64,000 nucleotides of DNA from assembly GCF_000143415.4 (NCBI RefSeq), contig NW_003314298.1, forward strand, positions 1,147,250-1,211,249. Direction: 5' to 3'. The notes below the pieces were generated by a model. That model did not search any database and was not told the DNA's origin. It saw nothing but the letters and a program-made list of their open reading frames with translations. This stretch comes from Selaginella moellendorffii (lineage: Eukaryota; Plantae; Lycopodiophyta). Shown piece after piece: positions 47,975-64,000 of the stretch (its first letter is position 1; each line of letters begins with the position of its first letter). The position numbers were made by a program, and so were the translations under genes.

Positions 47975-50900
47975 TGTGACACAGCAGCACCATAGTAAAG
48001 CTGTAAATGCAAGGTACCTCAAATGTAGCAGAAAATCCACTTCACGGCTTGCCAATGTGCAGGTCCAGGGCTCTCAAGGAACTGGGAGACCATCCCAACA
48101 GCATAGACGAGATCTGGTCACGTTCCCAGCATCAAATAAACAAGACTCCCCACAGCTTGACGATAAGGCACCGTCCCATTCTACCTCTGTGACAGGGGCC
48201 ATGTCACGGCTGAGTTTGTGATTGACCTCAAGAGGTGTGGCCACGGGAGAGCAGTCCAGCATATTGAAGCGTTCCAAGATCTCCCTTGCATAGTGAGCTT
48301 GTGTCAAGCTCAAGGTGCGTGCTCCTTGATTGCGTATAATTTGGATGCCAAGGAAATGGCGAAGCTTGCCCAGGTCAGACATCTCAAATTCTTCACTCAG
48401 CTTCTTTTTCATCTCGTCCAGCAGGTGACGGGTTTTTGCACCGAGAATGCAGTCGTCAACGTACACAGCAACCAGGAGAAAATCGTCACCACACTTGTAC
48501 AGGTACACGTTTCCTTCCACTGCAAGAGGAACACACCCAGGCTCTTGAAGAACGCATCAATGCGTTCAAACCAAACCCTCGGGGATTGTTCAAGCCCATA
48601 CAGGCGCGATTCAGCTTGCAAACAAGATGTTCCTCACCAGGTTTGATGAATCCAGGTGGTTGCGTGACGTAGACCTCCTCGTTCAACTTGCCGTGCAGGA
48701 AAGCAGTGCGAAGGTCCAACTGGTGCAGTTCCAGGTCGTCCTTGGCAGCCAGTGCAAGGATCACTCGCACAGAGGTCAACTTCACAATTGGTGAGTACGT
48801 CTCCATGTATTCCAAACCTGGAATCTGGCTGAATCCCCGTGGGACAAACCTGACCTTGAACTTTGCTACAGTTCCTCAGGTTTGTACTTGACTGTGTAAA
48901 TCCATTTCGAGCTCACAAGGTGAGCACCTTCAGGTAAGGTTGTCTTTGTCATTGTATTGTTTCGCTCATGCGAATGCATTTCAGCATTCATGGCTTCTCG
49001 CCACTGGGCAGCATGAGGTCCAGCTAATGTCAACATTCGCTGGAATGGGGATTCGCACTGGATTAGCAGCCACGAAGTTAGCCTGGTGCGTTACTTTCTT
49101 TTTAATTTTTCCAAAACTAAAGAAGGGACGAGATTGCTCAGCTTCCATTTGCAGCCTCGATGGTACGGGAACTCGAGTAGAGCGCCGAGGTTCAGGACGT
49201 GCTGGAGGGTGAACAAGTGGAGAGTCTGGGAGAGCTCCCACTGAAGTTGGCGACCTGCTTCCAGCTCCCACTGAAGGTGATGATCCACGTCCAGCTCCCA
49301 CTGAAGACGAGCCAAGGAAGAAATCAGGAGCAGCTTGAAATTCCTCGTCACCCTCAAAGTAAGTGTTCATCAGCTCTTCAGAGTAGCTAGGTGTTCTCAC
49401 TGGAGGAGCTTCTGGCAGAGGCATAGCTCGAGGGCGTGGTTGCACTGCTGGAGGAACTACCACGTTACCACCAGCAGGAACAAAAGGCAGCAACGGGACT
49501 TGAGAAGGAGCTTTAGTCACGTGAACTGTGTCCACCAACTGGAGTTCCACGAAAGTAGGAGCAGGAAATTTAGCGCGATTCTTGTACAGCCTGCTCTCAT
49601 CAAAGAGCACATCCCGTCTTTCCAGCAAAGTCTTGCGCCGATATCCTTTCATGCCTTCCAAATATCCCACGAAAATGGATGGCTCAGCCTTTGACTCCAG
49701 CTTTCGGCGTTGCTTGTGTGCGTAGGCAAAACAGCCAAAAATGCGGAGATGATCTTAACCAGCTGCGTGACCAGTCCAAAGCTCATAAGGAGTGGTCTTC
49801 CCAGGCAGGGCAAGTGTCAGCAACCGGTTTCGAACATAAACAGCCGTGTTAACTGCCTCACCCCAGAAAGCAGCTGGCATTCCCGCATGAAGCAGCTGAT
49901 GGTGCGATTCACCCTCTCGGCAGCACCATTCTGGGCATGTGCATCAGGGACAGAAAACTGGCGCTGGATCCCAGCTTCAGCACAAAACGTCTTGAATTCT
50001 CCAGAGACGAATTCTCCTCCACGATCGCAGTGGAGCACACGAACTAAACAGCCGTGTAGATTTTCTACCAAAGCCTTGTATTGGCAGAAGCAGGAGAACA
50101 CCTCTGACTTGTGCAGGTACACGATCAGGTACCGCGTGTAATGACTACGTAATGTTGGTAGCGGAAGCGGAGAGGCGCACACCAGGAGGAAGAACTGTAT
50201 ATATATATCTGTATATGATTGTGTACATATACATAAAGCTACTGCCACGTGGGCATAACTACTGCCACATCATCTCTACCTCTAATTGCCTCCCAAAGAT
50301 TCAACCATAATCGAACAAACGTCCGAGTGTACCAACTCAAGAACAGAAGTTGCTCGAGAGTGATGTTTTCCACCAACACAAGCTTCGCAGAAGGGCAGCG
50401 CGCCCAGGCGCCACAGGAACATGCTCGTTCACGTGACCAAGGCGCTGGTGCCAGGTTGCAAGTGTCGGTGGAGCCCGAGCCATCAGCGCCACAGACGTGA
50501 GCATCCAGGCGGTAGAGCGTATCAACTGGAACTCCAAAAGCGACTTTGTCTCCAGTCTTGGCATCCAGCACGAACGCTCCCTTTGCTGGGCCTTTGCTGT
50601 GAACAAAGTATCGAAGCCTCCTCGAGCAGCAGTTCCAATCGACAGCAGCGTGTGTGTAAGTCCCGGAACATCAGACACAGGATAGATCTCCCGGATTCTC
50701 CAGAAGAGAGCTGAACCCTGATTGTTCCTTTGCCTAGTACGTCGTGAGGAGAGGAGTCACCGAGTCCCACGGCATCACTCTCACACGGTTCTTGGTAGTC
50801 AAAAAAACAAGGAAGCCATTGGCGTCATATGGAATAACGCTCCAGAATCCAACCACAGCTCTGGTCCGAGCAAGGGCTCGTGGCTGCTGCGGCAATCCCT

Positions 50901-51862
50901 CGCCAAGTGTCCAATAGTGACAAATGCCACGAAAACCAGTGTCGTTCGGCTGAGCTTGAGAGGACGAGGATGATCCTCCCGCATCGCCAGCATAAAGCAA
51001 GAAAGATTTGGCTGATTCTTTCTTCCCCGTCATCTTGCGTTAGGGCACCCACGACTTGATCAAAGTTCTAAACGCAGCGTGACGGTTGCAAGCAGCGACG
51101 CCCTGGCGTGATCGTCCGTGACAGGAGACCCAGCACCAGTCAATTCAGCCATTAGCCCTCGAATCCGTCCCCCGTACACAGCAATGATTTCACCCTGAAG
51201 CGCCAAGAATTGTTGATTCAGCAACATGGAAGAATTTGCGGCTTGGGCCACGAAGATCGTGCGACGCGACGTCCAGATTGCAGCAGCGGTCTTGGTGAGA
51301 TCAATCAGCGGCAAGAATTCATCGCTCAATCCCAAGCCAATGACGGTGATGGCTTGCTGATTGCGAAAAACCCAATCTGATTGTAGCGTCTGCTCAGCGG
51401 GACGAGGCTCAGTCCCATCAACGATGTTCCACGCTCGTTTCGCAGAGAGGATCAGCCTGATTCTTGTCGCCCATGTGAAGAAATTCGTGCCACTGAATTT
51501 CTCCACCTTCTCTAGCTAGCGCGCATACTCGTGCGTGGCCTGGTCACGTCAATGAAGCTCCGCGGCAGAAGTTCTTGAGAGGCTTGGCAAGCTCCGCGGC
51601 GCGAGTGTTACCACTCTTGCTAGCGATTGGCTGATAAACCACACAGCGGCTGCGCGAAGGAGAGCTTTCTTGGACGCAAGCGCCGGGCATTGCTCCAGCT
51701 GCTGCTTCAGCTTTGCAGACGCGGCTGAGCAAGACCGTGTACGAGGAGCCATCGTGTTCCATTAGGCCGTCGGTGATGATCTCGCCAGTGCGATCGTCTG
51801 GCCGAGATACCTCAGCAAGATGTGGTTCATGTGGAGAAGAGAGATCGCACTCAAGTGAGCCC
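47975..51862 (-). mobile_element. Truncated Ty1/copia element (gag-PR-IN-RT, frameshifted, no LTR pair seen)
   Basis: EKFSGTNFFTWATRIRLIL; GHLARDC; LWLDSGALFHMT; WHQRLGHVN; ELVHSDVC; CDRGGEF; QNGAAERVNRT; LHQLDLRTAFLHG; VYVDDCIL. IN-before-RT order. Confidence 0.93.
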
Positions 51863-53229
51863 CTTTTACTTACTTTGTAGACTCAAGACAACTCTAAAAA
51901 TTATGAAACTAAACTCTCTAGAAAGCTACAATCTTGTAAAAAATGTAAACTTAAAAATCTTGTTAGAACGCGCTTAAAAACCTTATAATATTGGCAAACA
52001 CATACTTAGATGGAAAATTGTAAAGATCTTACAGCTACCAACAGTAAAAATTATGTACTTAGTCTCACTAAAATACTCTTGCCAAAATCTATCCATCCAT
52101 ATAAAGAAAGATCTTCTTTTGCAAATTTATGCAAAACTTCTCTTACACTCTAAATAAAAGAGTGCAAGAGAAAAATGTTGTGAACTTTTCAATTTCAGGC
52201 CAAATCACACAAGAATTCTTAAAAAAGCTTGTGAGTAAATCTATCCAGAGAAATAAAAAAAGATCAAAATAGTTGAAAATTTAGTTTATGCCAAGCTCGT
52301 AAAGTGATTGTTGCATGCATAGTAGAAGAAAAACTCATTTGTATGCAACATTTTAGGAACAAAAATAAAAAATTCTTGATGCTAAAATGAAGTGTTAACC
52401 CATTTAACTCTAGTGCATAAATCAATCAACAACCAAGCCACAAAGAGGAGAAAATGATTGTTCTTGGCCAAGAAATGAGAAAACTCACGAATTTATAAAT
52501 AGTGTGACAAATGGCATAGTTGAGCTCTTTAATATCCTTGAAACCTTTTTACTACTTGTTACATCATTAGAAAGTAAAGATCTACAGAAATTCCCTTAAG
52601 AATCATTCTAAAGCCGAAGAAAACAAAAAATTATGAGGATTGGCTAAAAATAAATCTTTTCTAAATGTTGAAGCTTTGGGAAATATTCTTTAAAAATCAA
52701 GTAAACTCTATTGAAACCCTAACAATGAGATCCTCTAAAATCTTGCTCAACCATACTAAATGTGTCTCATGCACTACATTCTCAAGATATTAACAAAAGA
52801 TCAGTAAAATGCAATATAAATGAAACTATAAACCACTTCTACAAAGGTAATATAATGCTTTTAATAACATGATACGTCTTCAAAAAGAAGAAAAAAGATT
52901 TTATATTGCAAGCAGTAGCACCCATTACCATTATAGTGGATAGTCCATATTTGCACATGGGCACAATTTTTTAATTCTTAAAAAAATATCTTTAGTTACA
53001 CTAGATTTCTCTTTGGAGAAAAAGAGCACTTGATGAGCAACAATGTCTTCGCATATCCACTTTGATCTGCATTCCTTTTATACTTATGGCATAGCTCTCC
53101 ATTTTATCTTTTAGAAACTTGCCCAAAGCTAATTCAACATCTAATTTCAAAAATTAGATTCTTAACAACTTTAGTTTGTAATATTTAACAGAAAACTTAG
53201 GATCATTAAGATTATTACTAAGAAAGAGC

Positions 53230-53345
53230 AAGAAATAGTTAGTATTAGTACTTCTTATTTTTCTGGTGTGATTGATAATTTAGTTCAGTTTTCTATGCGG
53301 CTTTATGATATAGACCATATGGATTAACGAATCATAATCATACTT
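53230..53345 (+). pseudogene. Fragment of a third copy of the lectin-fusion gene
   Basis: 53251-53281 (31 nt) is identical to 14424-14454, flanked by further matches (aagaaatagt, agttcagtttt, agaccatatggattaac). Confidence 0.8.
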
Positions 53346-53993
53346 ATCTTTTTCATAATTTTGGAAGTACTTTTAATTATGGTGCTTTATGAATAAGATT
53401 GAATCTCGCAGATATTTCTCAGTATTTTGAATTCTTATAAGAAAACCTAAAGGGTTTAGGGTTAAGCCCTTAGTTTTTTATTAGGTGCCTTAAAGAAACT
53501 TTGACTTTCTAAAGTCCACGATCGATTAAACAGAGTGAGCGCTGTTTTGGGTAGGGCGAATCGACCATTTTCCCCTTGGAAGCTTATCACACCTGAGCGC
53601 CATCGATCGATCAATCCACTGTCACTCCAAGCATTGGTGAGTTCGTCCTGGATCATCGTTTTCCTCGCCCTTGGAGGCCCCTTTCCTCTATTTCTCGCTT
53701 CCTCGTCGATCTAATGCTCGCCCAACCGAGAAGAGGGAGCCGTGCGTGCGTGTGTGCGTGTGGCTGCCGTGACTGACCTTGGCAAACACGACGAAGGCAA
53801 CGAGGGTGAACAGCCAAGAAAACTCTTCGTTTCCACGGCGACAAGCGCGCTGCGTCGTTGACCCCTCCATCTTTCTCGCTCTGATCGCTCGCTGACCTTC
53901 CAATCCCATCTTTCTCCTCTTCTCTCCCGTGTTCTTGAGCTCGTGCTTGCAATCTTGGTAGAAATCCCCTGCTCTTCTCAAATTTCTTTCTAG

Positions 53994-55228
<1,235 letters not shown>

Positions 55229-56795
55229 CGAGAGAGAAGAAGTGGTGGAATCTTTGCGTTTTCTTCTTCCGCGCTTCGTCCATCCGTTTTGCAGCGCTGA
55301 TCTGTACGTTTTGGAGGGATTTGGGGGCGAGAAAACAAAAAAGAAAGGATGGATGGAGTGTGAGACGAGAGGCCCGATGAGATTCGTGATGATCGGATCG
55401 GCGCGAGAGGAGACAAGCGCAGCAGAAAAGAAAGCAAAAGATTCTCTCCACCTTGAAACGGGTCAACGGGAGGATTCGGCGGTGGCGGTGATGGTGGGCG
55501 GCGGATATTCGCTTCTTTTATTTGGTGTTTGACCGGTGGTGTGGTGCGGAATCTCGCCATCACGAACACAAGAAAACAAAGCAAAGGCAGGGCTTTTGGA
55601 GAATAGAAAAAATGGGAAAAGCAAAGTGGACAGAGCGGAAATAGCTGGCGTGATGGATGGCTACACAATACTCATGAAAGGGGTAGAAAATTCGCAGATG
55701 GGACGTACACTGGCACAAGTTTGACTTCTCCGCTGTCCCTGCGACGAGGAACAGTGGTGGCACACCCGCACTCACCAAACAGAAAACAAAGGAAAATTTT
55801 TGTGGTCAACCGTTTAATTTGATCTTCTTTGTTTAATGGCAGCATTCTGACAAGATTTTGTGGATGGACCATAAACATCTATTCTATTCTATTCTATTTT
55901 GGAGAGAAATTCGTAATTTATTAACGGTTTTTCATGAGAATTGGCAATAAGAAGAAATTCAAGATTTGGGATGGAAAGCTACTCAATAAGTCATGATTAA
56001 TAATAATATAGATTATGAGTATTTCCCTGTATAAAATTGAGAACCAAAGTAAATTCAAGTATTATGACTATATGTAACACCCACTGTTAATTTCTTTTAG
56101 CCCATCAAAAATAAAACGGAACCTTCTTAATTAATACAAAATGATTATATTTTACTTAAGGAGATGTCTTAATATAAACTGAACCATCTGTCAGATAATC
56201 CAAAACACATATGTAATAGCATAAATTAGTATTTATAAAATTTATAATACTTATTGTTAATTCCTTTTAATATTTCATTTAATATTTTTACATATTGCTA
56301 AAAGAAAATTTTATTTATAAAAATTCTATTTATTTGAAAATAAATTGATTCAACATTGATTTAGACTAAAAATCAGTATGGTCAATTAATATTAAAATAC
56401 AGATTTATATTAATTAACAATTTATGATAGTAAACATGACTAACTATATAGAAAATGTTTATTAGCTTCTAAGTTCTTCAACTAATAAACTATTGTACTA
56501 ATTTGTATAGGTAAACATTCAATATATATCAGTATTGAATGAAAAAAAAGTAAAATGATAAAACTTAACTTTAAACCTGATTATTTTAATGCTGAAAATG
56601 AAGCATAGTTCAAGCATTCAAGAAAAAAGTATAAGGATTCTATATTTTAAGATTTTGATGCAGTACTCAATTTGGATCTTAATGTTTACAATTATAAAAT
56701 ATAACTCTCTCATTCAATTTCCTAGAGACTCCACTATTTTATAAAACACAAAACAAATATAAGAGAAATAGTATTTGAAAAATAAAATCAATTGT

Positions 56796-56796
<1 letters not shown>

Positions 56797-56860
<64 letters not shown>
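56797..56860. repeat. Compound (AC)n(AT)n microsatellite
   Basis: Direct reading. Confidence 0.95.
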
Positions 56861-56861
<1 letters not shown>

Positions 56862-57120
56862 ACACTTATAAATATTCTCCTTAAATTTTTATAATAACAA
56901 ATACTTTTTTAACAAAATATTAGTTTTATTGAAAGCTTGCTTAGTGCTCTCAATATATTTTCTGGAATAGTTACTACTTATAATTATATAAAAGAATATA
57001 AAACTTTAAGTGGATTTTGGCATATAATTTATTATAATATATTTAGATTAATAATTTCTTCAATTAGAAAAAAATTACCATTAATATTTATAATTAAGAA
57101 AATATATTAATTTATAGAAA

Positions 57121-60100
57121 TATAAGTGCATGGAATATAGGAATGGAATATAGATATGTGCATATTAATTAGCCCAAAACCCTAGCTTATAGGAGATCTA
57201 TAAGCTACCTTATAAGAGTGAGTAGTCTAGATTAAAACTAATCTGATACTTATCAAAGTCCCACTACACTAATATTAATATATGGCATTGTAATTGTACA
57301 TTTAGACATCTCATCATCCCTTCATCTCGAAATGATGAAAGATAGTCAAATGTAGCATATGTGATCATGGGATGAAATTTGAATATAATGTTACTATGGA
57401 TCCTTAAAACTTTAAAGGATAAATAGGGATAAAATAGCTACTAAGGGCTCTCTCATCAAACAATTACCCTTTCTCCAATTAACTTATGGGGAGGGAGATA
57501 GAATGTGCTATATTAGGGTTCTTTCGTAGACGGGCTGGGATCTAGAGAAACATTAAGAGGAGGTATCAGTAGATTTGTAGGTGGTGCCAATTTTTCTTAT
57601 CCCTTTATACAAAGTGTTTCAACTAGTACACATACACAATTTCTAGAGGATTGGCTTATTGAATATTATACTAAACCTCATAAATTTGTGGTCCAAACTT
57701 GCATAAGACTCGATAGAGTCCTTTCCACTAAACAAGAAGCCTTTTAGACAAACCATATACCATAAGATTGGGAAAAAAGAGTAACACCAAGTCATCCATT
57801 TTATACTTTGCAAGTGGACAATAATAAAAGTTGTAGCATTGTTGTTGTTCCACTTATATACAACCTAAGTATTTATCAAACTTTACTTAGACCAGTGGAA
57901 AAATATTTGTCAAATATCAATCCCAAAATCTAGCATCGATAACTTATGGTAATCATGAAGGTAAACTCAACTCCATTGGTAGTATCGAATCATAACCATA
58001 TAAGAGTTTATATACTGAAGCATCAATAAAATTCTATACCCTGTGACATATGTATATTGAAGAGATGGCAAATAACTATCTCAATTTGAATGTTGCAAAT
58101 TCATGTACTTCATAATTATCCCTTTGAAAGTCCAAACAAGCCATTCCACCAAACTATTTGACTATGGATGATAAACACTCCTAAAAGTGTGGTATGTCCC
58201 CAATCGAGATATTAAACATGAAATGCCTCAACCATAAATATGGGACTATTATCTGAAAAAATTCACTCTAAATAGGAATGCTGGAATAACACTCAATTGA
58301 AGAAGAAGTATCTAACATCAGTTGCAAACACACTAGCAAGAGCATCAACTTCCACCCAACGAGTCAAGTAATCAGAAGTAATAATGACATCCTTATTACT
58401 AATAATTGATTATAAAAAATGCTTTATCAGATTAAATGCCACCAACTCAAATGAACGAGAAATTGTAATAGACTCCAGCTGTCTTTCCATAGCACAAGGG
58501 GGAATATTACAAGCTTGGCACCAAACGTAACTACACATATACTGGATAATATTATATTCCTTCTCCAACCAATAAAAAGACCTATGTAAATTTTCGGTCA
58601 CATGATAATATTCTATATACTTGCCTAAAATAAAAGAATTAGAGTAGGTATGGAGAAAATATGGAATAAAGATTGAAGGCAGCACTAGCCATTAAATGAT
58701 CATTAGAATCTGTCCCTACAAAATAAAGAAAATTGTTTTCAATATGATATTGAGAATGAAATGCCAAAATGACAAGTTATCAGCAAATGATGCAAGATTC
58801 TTAAACCCATCACAAACTCTTCGGATCCACGACTCAACCTTTTGAGCCTTATGAACCTCGTCAAGAGCAAGTAAATCTTGCTCCACACCTTGTGAACACT
58901 GAACTTCAAGTATAACAATCATCGACGGCATAGAATCCTCATGTAAAAAATTATAGATGCTAGAATAACATACTTGTTAGAAATATAAGAAAAGAGCAAT
59001 GAAGGAAGAAGAGCTCGAAAAAATGAGGAAGAGCTCGATTAGCATCAGTATAAAACTCTTCAAGTGATGAACAATATCGAAATCATATATTTGAAGCTTT
59101 AAAGCCCATCGAATAATATAACTAAGTAAGTTCTTCCACTTTAATAATGAAGTCACTACATCATGATCACCTTTTAGTAATATTTGAGAACCATGTAGAT
59201 ATGCATGAAGTTTCTCAAAACCCCAAACTGCTACTAAACATTCATTCGTTATTGTAGAATAGTTTACCTTTGTTGATTGTAATTTACATCTGATATATGC
59301 AATAGAATGGTGCTAATCAAGCATATTCAAGCTTTCTTGCATCAACACACCTCCAAGATTGATATAAAAAACATCCACACTCAAAATGAAAGATTGAGTG
59401 TAGTTAATATATGGAGGAGTTATCAATAACACTTTAAAATCCATAAACACATACTCATAGTTTACAGACTATATGAAAGATGATATTGATAATTTCAATA
59501 ATGTTTGCAATGGTGCAGTATGATTAAAAAAATGATTAAAAAAATGACTAAGATATTGCATATTGCCTAAAAAGCATTGTAAATTGTTCACACACTTTGG
59601 AATAAGGAACTTGAGAACAACCATAAATTTGTCAGGATCAACTTGCAAACCTTTATAAGAAATATAGTACTCAAGAAAGTAGTGTCCTTGGACCCAAACA
59701 TACACTTTGATTGCTTCAATTTTAAACTAACTTCTCACAACCAATTCAATACCTTATGAATTGGTCATAACTATGAACTATTCATATAAACTAAAAGCAT
59801 CTCAGTGTCCACTATAAAAGGACATTGTTGATGCCAAAGTTTCCATTTAGGAAATAGAGGTTGTCAATTTGGAAAACATTGACAATGTTAATAAATGTGA
59901 CCAACTTCATCACATGTCCAACAATGGATATCACGACCATGACCACGTTCTCACCCTTGTCCTTGAACTTAGGCAACAACAACATTAACCTCCATTGGAA
60001 GTAGAACCACCTCTTATAGAAAGTAGAGCTAAAAGACGTGTAACAAGAAGTGGAAGAGGCAATGTCTCATAATATTATGTCAAGAAAAGAGCATCATCAA

Positions 60101-61002
60101 AGGTAGTTGGAACAAATACATTCACAGGTCTTATAATTTTTTATGAAGTATTGGCCACAATATTCCCAACTTAGTTTGCTATAATATATATGGCTCTACA
60201 CAAAGTAAAAGGCACTAGAAACAAACACTAAATTGCATCACTGACTTATATGACCTTTGATAAAAATGATGTAATTGTTGGAAGGCATTATTATAATCAT
60301 TAATATGTCTAAATGCATATTTGAAGACATCTAGGAAAACGCTTGAATCTATATAAGTGGTTGCATTCAAACCATTGTACTAATGTAGTGCCGTCCCTTT
60401 GAGACATATGGGAAACTCACATAAACACTGAGTATCTTCCCAAGAATGATATGTGTTAATCACTATAAAATGATCAAACCAATAATATATATCATCCCCA
60501 TGATTCCTACGGAAAACTTTTGGCCAAATGCAAAGATTGGTAACAAAAGTAAAAGGAGTTGTACTATGCGCCATGAATGCCATTATCAATTGAGTCTAAT
60601 TATTCAACAACAACTGCATAGCATTGAGCAATTGCACCAATTGTTACTCTAAAGTCAAAATAGGAAGAGGCTACTACTTTACTATGAAAATGAATGAAAA
60701 AGAAAAAGCAAAAGAAAATAAATTGAAAAAGTTATAAAGAAAGGAAGATCTAAATGATATAAATATTATATCTAAACCAAAATTCTAAATCTAAATACTC
60801 CTTAAGGGCAATTAAAACTACTTTTCATTTACATTGATGTAAGTGTATGGAATATGGAAATGGAATATAGAAATGTGTATATTAATTAGCCCAAAAACCC
60901 TAGCTTATATATAGGAGCGAATCGTCTAGATTAAAACCAATTCGTTAGCTATCAAAATTCTAATATTAATACATGGTATCATAGTTGTATACTTGGACCT
61001 CA
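57121..61002 (-). mobile_element. Old decayed Ty3/gypsy element with short LTRs (~57121-57313 and 60838-61002)
   Basis: Shared LTR text t(g/a)taagtg...tattaattagcccaaaaccctagcttata...gtctagattaaaac...ctca, with an AGAAA/GAAA-like flanking duplication. Minus-strand remnants GLQVDPDK...LQCFLGNMQY and RWALKLQIYDFDIVH. Confidence 0.82.
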
Positions 61003-64000
61003 TAGAAATAAATTAATAAATGAAATTTTTTCTGTTATACAGAAAATTTTAAGCAAGTGTTCTAGTATAATAATAAGAAAATGAGAGTGCTTAACAATAC
61101 TAGGGAGTCAACCACAATTTATAATGTCAATGAGCTATGTGATATCTTTCTTATTAAATGCCTAGCCAAACTTAGATTGCATGCTATATAAGATTAAAGT
61201 CATGAGGCAGTGATTATCATTTTCTCATAAAAACCTAAACATTCTATAAAATAATTGATATTTGAAAAATATGAAATAAGAGATATTTATTATAAACTGT
61301 CATGCTACAGAGATTTCAAATTATTACATTTGTTTGCTTGGTTTTAGATTTGCCTATAGCCTTGAGAATCCAAGCTTAAGGATTCAAGGCATATTGACAA
61401 AAACCAAGGCCACATCAAAACTTAATTAAAAGGAGACTTCTTTGAATTTTTTTTTAATTAATTAAGATCATATATATGAAAGTATATAATTCTAGTAAGT
61501 CTTAAATATTAACACAAAATTAAATAGAATAAAAAATAAGTTTTGAACGCTTACATTTATATATATATTCACTCACTTTAGTCTTTTTAATTTTCATTTT
61601 ATGCCTACTAATACACCATAAGCATATACCTCCACTCCTCACTTAACTTTGAAAGCAATTAAATCTTTTGGCTGTATGATTCTTTGAAGGCACCACAAGA
61701 CTAAAATATATAATGAATGAATGAATGAATAAAAGAAATTGTAAAGAAATCTTAAGCTTAAGATAAGAAATAATATTTTTTTGGCTGCCACCTAGGGATA
61801 AGGCCATTTTGTGAAGGCCCTAATTCTCTTACATTGCCCTAAGCTCCTCTGTTAGTTGATAAATGAGCTTGTTTGTGATTGTTTATAATTTGGTTCTCCA
61901 ACAATATAGTATGGTTTAAATTGCATGAAAACATTATGGCTCTTAATTTACCTCATCAAGGTTAGTTATTTTATGGTTATCACTTTTGATATAGAAACCA
62001 AACAATAATTTCACAGAAAGATACAAAGAAAATCTCATCTATTTTAATCTTTACTGACACATATAAATTATAGGTTTTATACACTAAAATTGAGTAAATT
62101 CAAGAGTATCTCAAGTCTATTGTCTGATTTGATAAAAGCATGACACACTTTTAGCAAAAACTTTTTAGACTTAATGCTTATAATTGTTCAGGGAAACCAA
62201 GTGCCATAAAAGTTTTTAAAAAGAGTTAAAATTATTTTTGAAATCATCAAGTCTTTTAATGATTGCAGAAAGGAGCCCAAATTTACTTAGCACTAAACAG
62301 TACAACTAAATCATTCGAGACAAAAGAGATTTGGTTTCTACAATTATGCACAAATGATCCAGATACAAAATTACAAGATGTTTATAAAAGTTATAAGGGC
62401 ATTCTACTTATCTTTTATCTTTAAAGGTAGTTTAGCTTGAAGCAACAGCCACAACAATTTTGTTGGATGGTGGGTTGTTAAATAGTGGTGGTTGCCAAAC
62501 TTAGTGTTTACAAATTAATAGGATCCTTTCACAAATTTTTAATAATAGTAATCATCTCCACACACTATTGCAAATACATATATACATACATACATATATA
62601 AATGTATGTTTTTTAAATATATCAATACATATGTATATACATGTATATATATAGTAATTTTTGATAAAATTTAGCTAGTTATATTCTGATATCCATCAAA
62701 GCTAATGATAAAGTGCACTCATGACTTTAATATGACCATCGAGATGCTTTAGCCAGTACAAAATGCAAATGCATAAAGAAGGAAAAAGATAAAAAATAAT
62801 ACTTTCTAACAATAAATTTTACTTACTGTGATATCTTTGAAACTAAATAGTTCATTTTGTCTAGTAGGTGGTTACATGTTACAGTGGTATAAAAATTGGT
62901 AAAAAGTGATCAAAGTTTTTATGAAAATAAATGTAAACATCACAAAACTAGTTTAAAAATTAATTAACAACTTTTATATAAAAATTATAAGGTTTTTTTA
63001 GAGTAATTTCAATTACTTTTTTTTAATAATTTTTGTATATGATTGTAATGTAAATTTGTTCACAATACACTCAGCCACTTAACTCTTTTTCTATCCAAGA
63101 ATAACATAATATTAAGAAAATGTACACAAAGAACAAAGTAACTTACTTTATTCTTCAAACTAAAAAATCTTTGAAAATCACTAGTTTGCTCAACATCATA
63201 ACATTTTGGGTGTTTGAACCCAAATATGATCCTATGTTCCAAAAACCATAAAAACTTTCTTAGAGTCTAAAAAACCAAGTTTCCTCACAAAAGAAACATT
63301 TAAAATGTATAGTTATTGTCCTAATATGTTCCTCCTACCTTAAGGATTGTTTTTAATACATTGAATCTAAGTGATCAGAGCTGGTTCTTACAAGACATCG
63401 GTATTATAAGCTTTAGTCGGTTTACTTGTATGATGAAATCAATTATATCATATAACCATATAAAGTGAGATTTATACTTGAAGAGTTGTTTACTCACATA
63501 AGATAATAGTGTTTCATCTATGTCTCTCTCTTGGGTAGTTCCTAATATGTGCAAAAATGCATAAAATTGGTAATATAGAATCCAAGGCAAGAATTGTCTC
63601 ATGCCAAAGATGGGCTTTAAGATATAAACAGATGGTCTTTGCTTAAAATAGTGAAGCTAAAAATAAATCTCTAATTTTATCATACTAATAACAAAAGGAG
63701 ATTGGGAAAGCTATAGCCATGGCTAGTCCAACTCTCTCTCTATAAAATCTAGTGTGATTTGTTTAGAAATGCTAGCACCTAGAAGACATTAAAGCTTCTC
63801 ATTGCACTATGAGACTATATCAGGACAAATGTTAAGAGCACAAGCATTTCATTTGGCAAGGTTGCTTACAATGTTCTTGTTGTTGTTCATTTTGCAAGTA
63901 AAATGTCACTCTTAAAAATAACAAAAAATTTATTACCTTTGTCAACTATTGAAATGATCTATGTAGTGAGAAAGAAATCTACAAGTAAAATAAATATCAA

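Noticed and set aside
51870-53220. AT-rich tracts that may be ancient transposon debris (also 16900-18780, 47200-47970, 61010-64000)
   Set aside because: No motif I could translate with confidence; left unannotated.

Overview
Eukaryotic land-plant nuclear DNA. The ~50-65 nt introns, tight gene packing and a Tcn1-like chromovirus point to a lycophyte such as Selaginella (inference). 1-13.9 kb is a dense block of housekeeping genes: MICU 3' end, an acyl-ACP desaturase, NUP155, NOT3 and presenilin. Next come two AT-rich intronless genes for a secreted protein with an unassigned N-terminal domain plus a bulb-type lectin domain, separated by a decayed copy of the presenilin 3' end. About 17-53 kb is a nest of transposons. 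Removing two TSD-flanked LTR insertions (21553-32120 and 34483-40138) reveals a decayed multi-exon minus-strand gene with a ParB-like N-terminal motif and a C-terminal beta-class N4C/N6A DNA methyltransferase domain. It lies head-to-head with a decayed Mutator-type (MULE) DDE/SWIM transposase, so this is apparently a large DNA transposon carrying a prokaryote-type DNA methylase. This is the main finding. Downstream are a truncated copia element, a third lectin-gene fragment, a group IId WRKY gene whose intron holds a helically phased W-box array, and a decayed gypsy element. Exon boundaries were read by eye and family assignments come from recalled motifs; no database searches were run.
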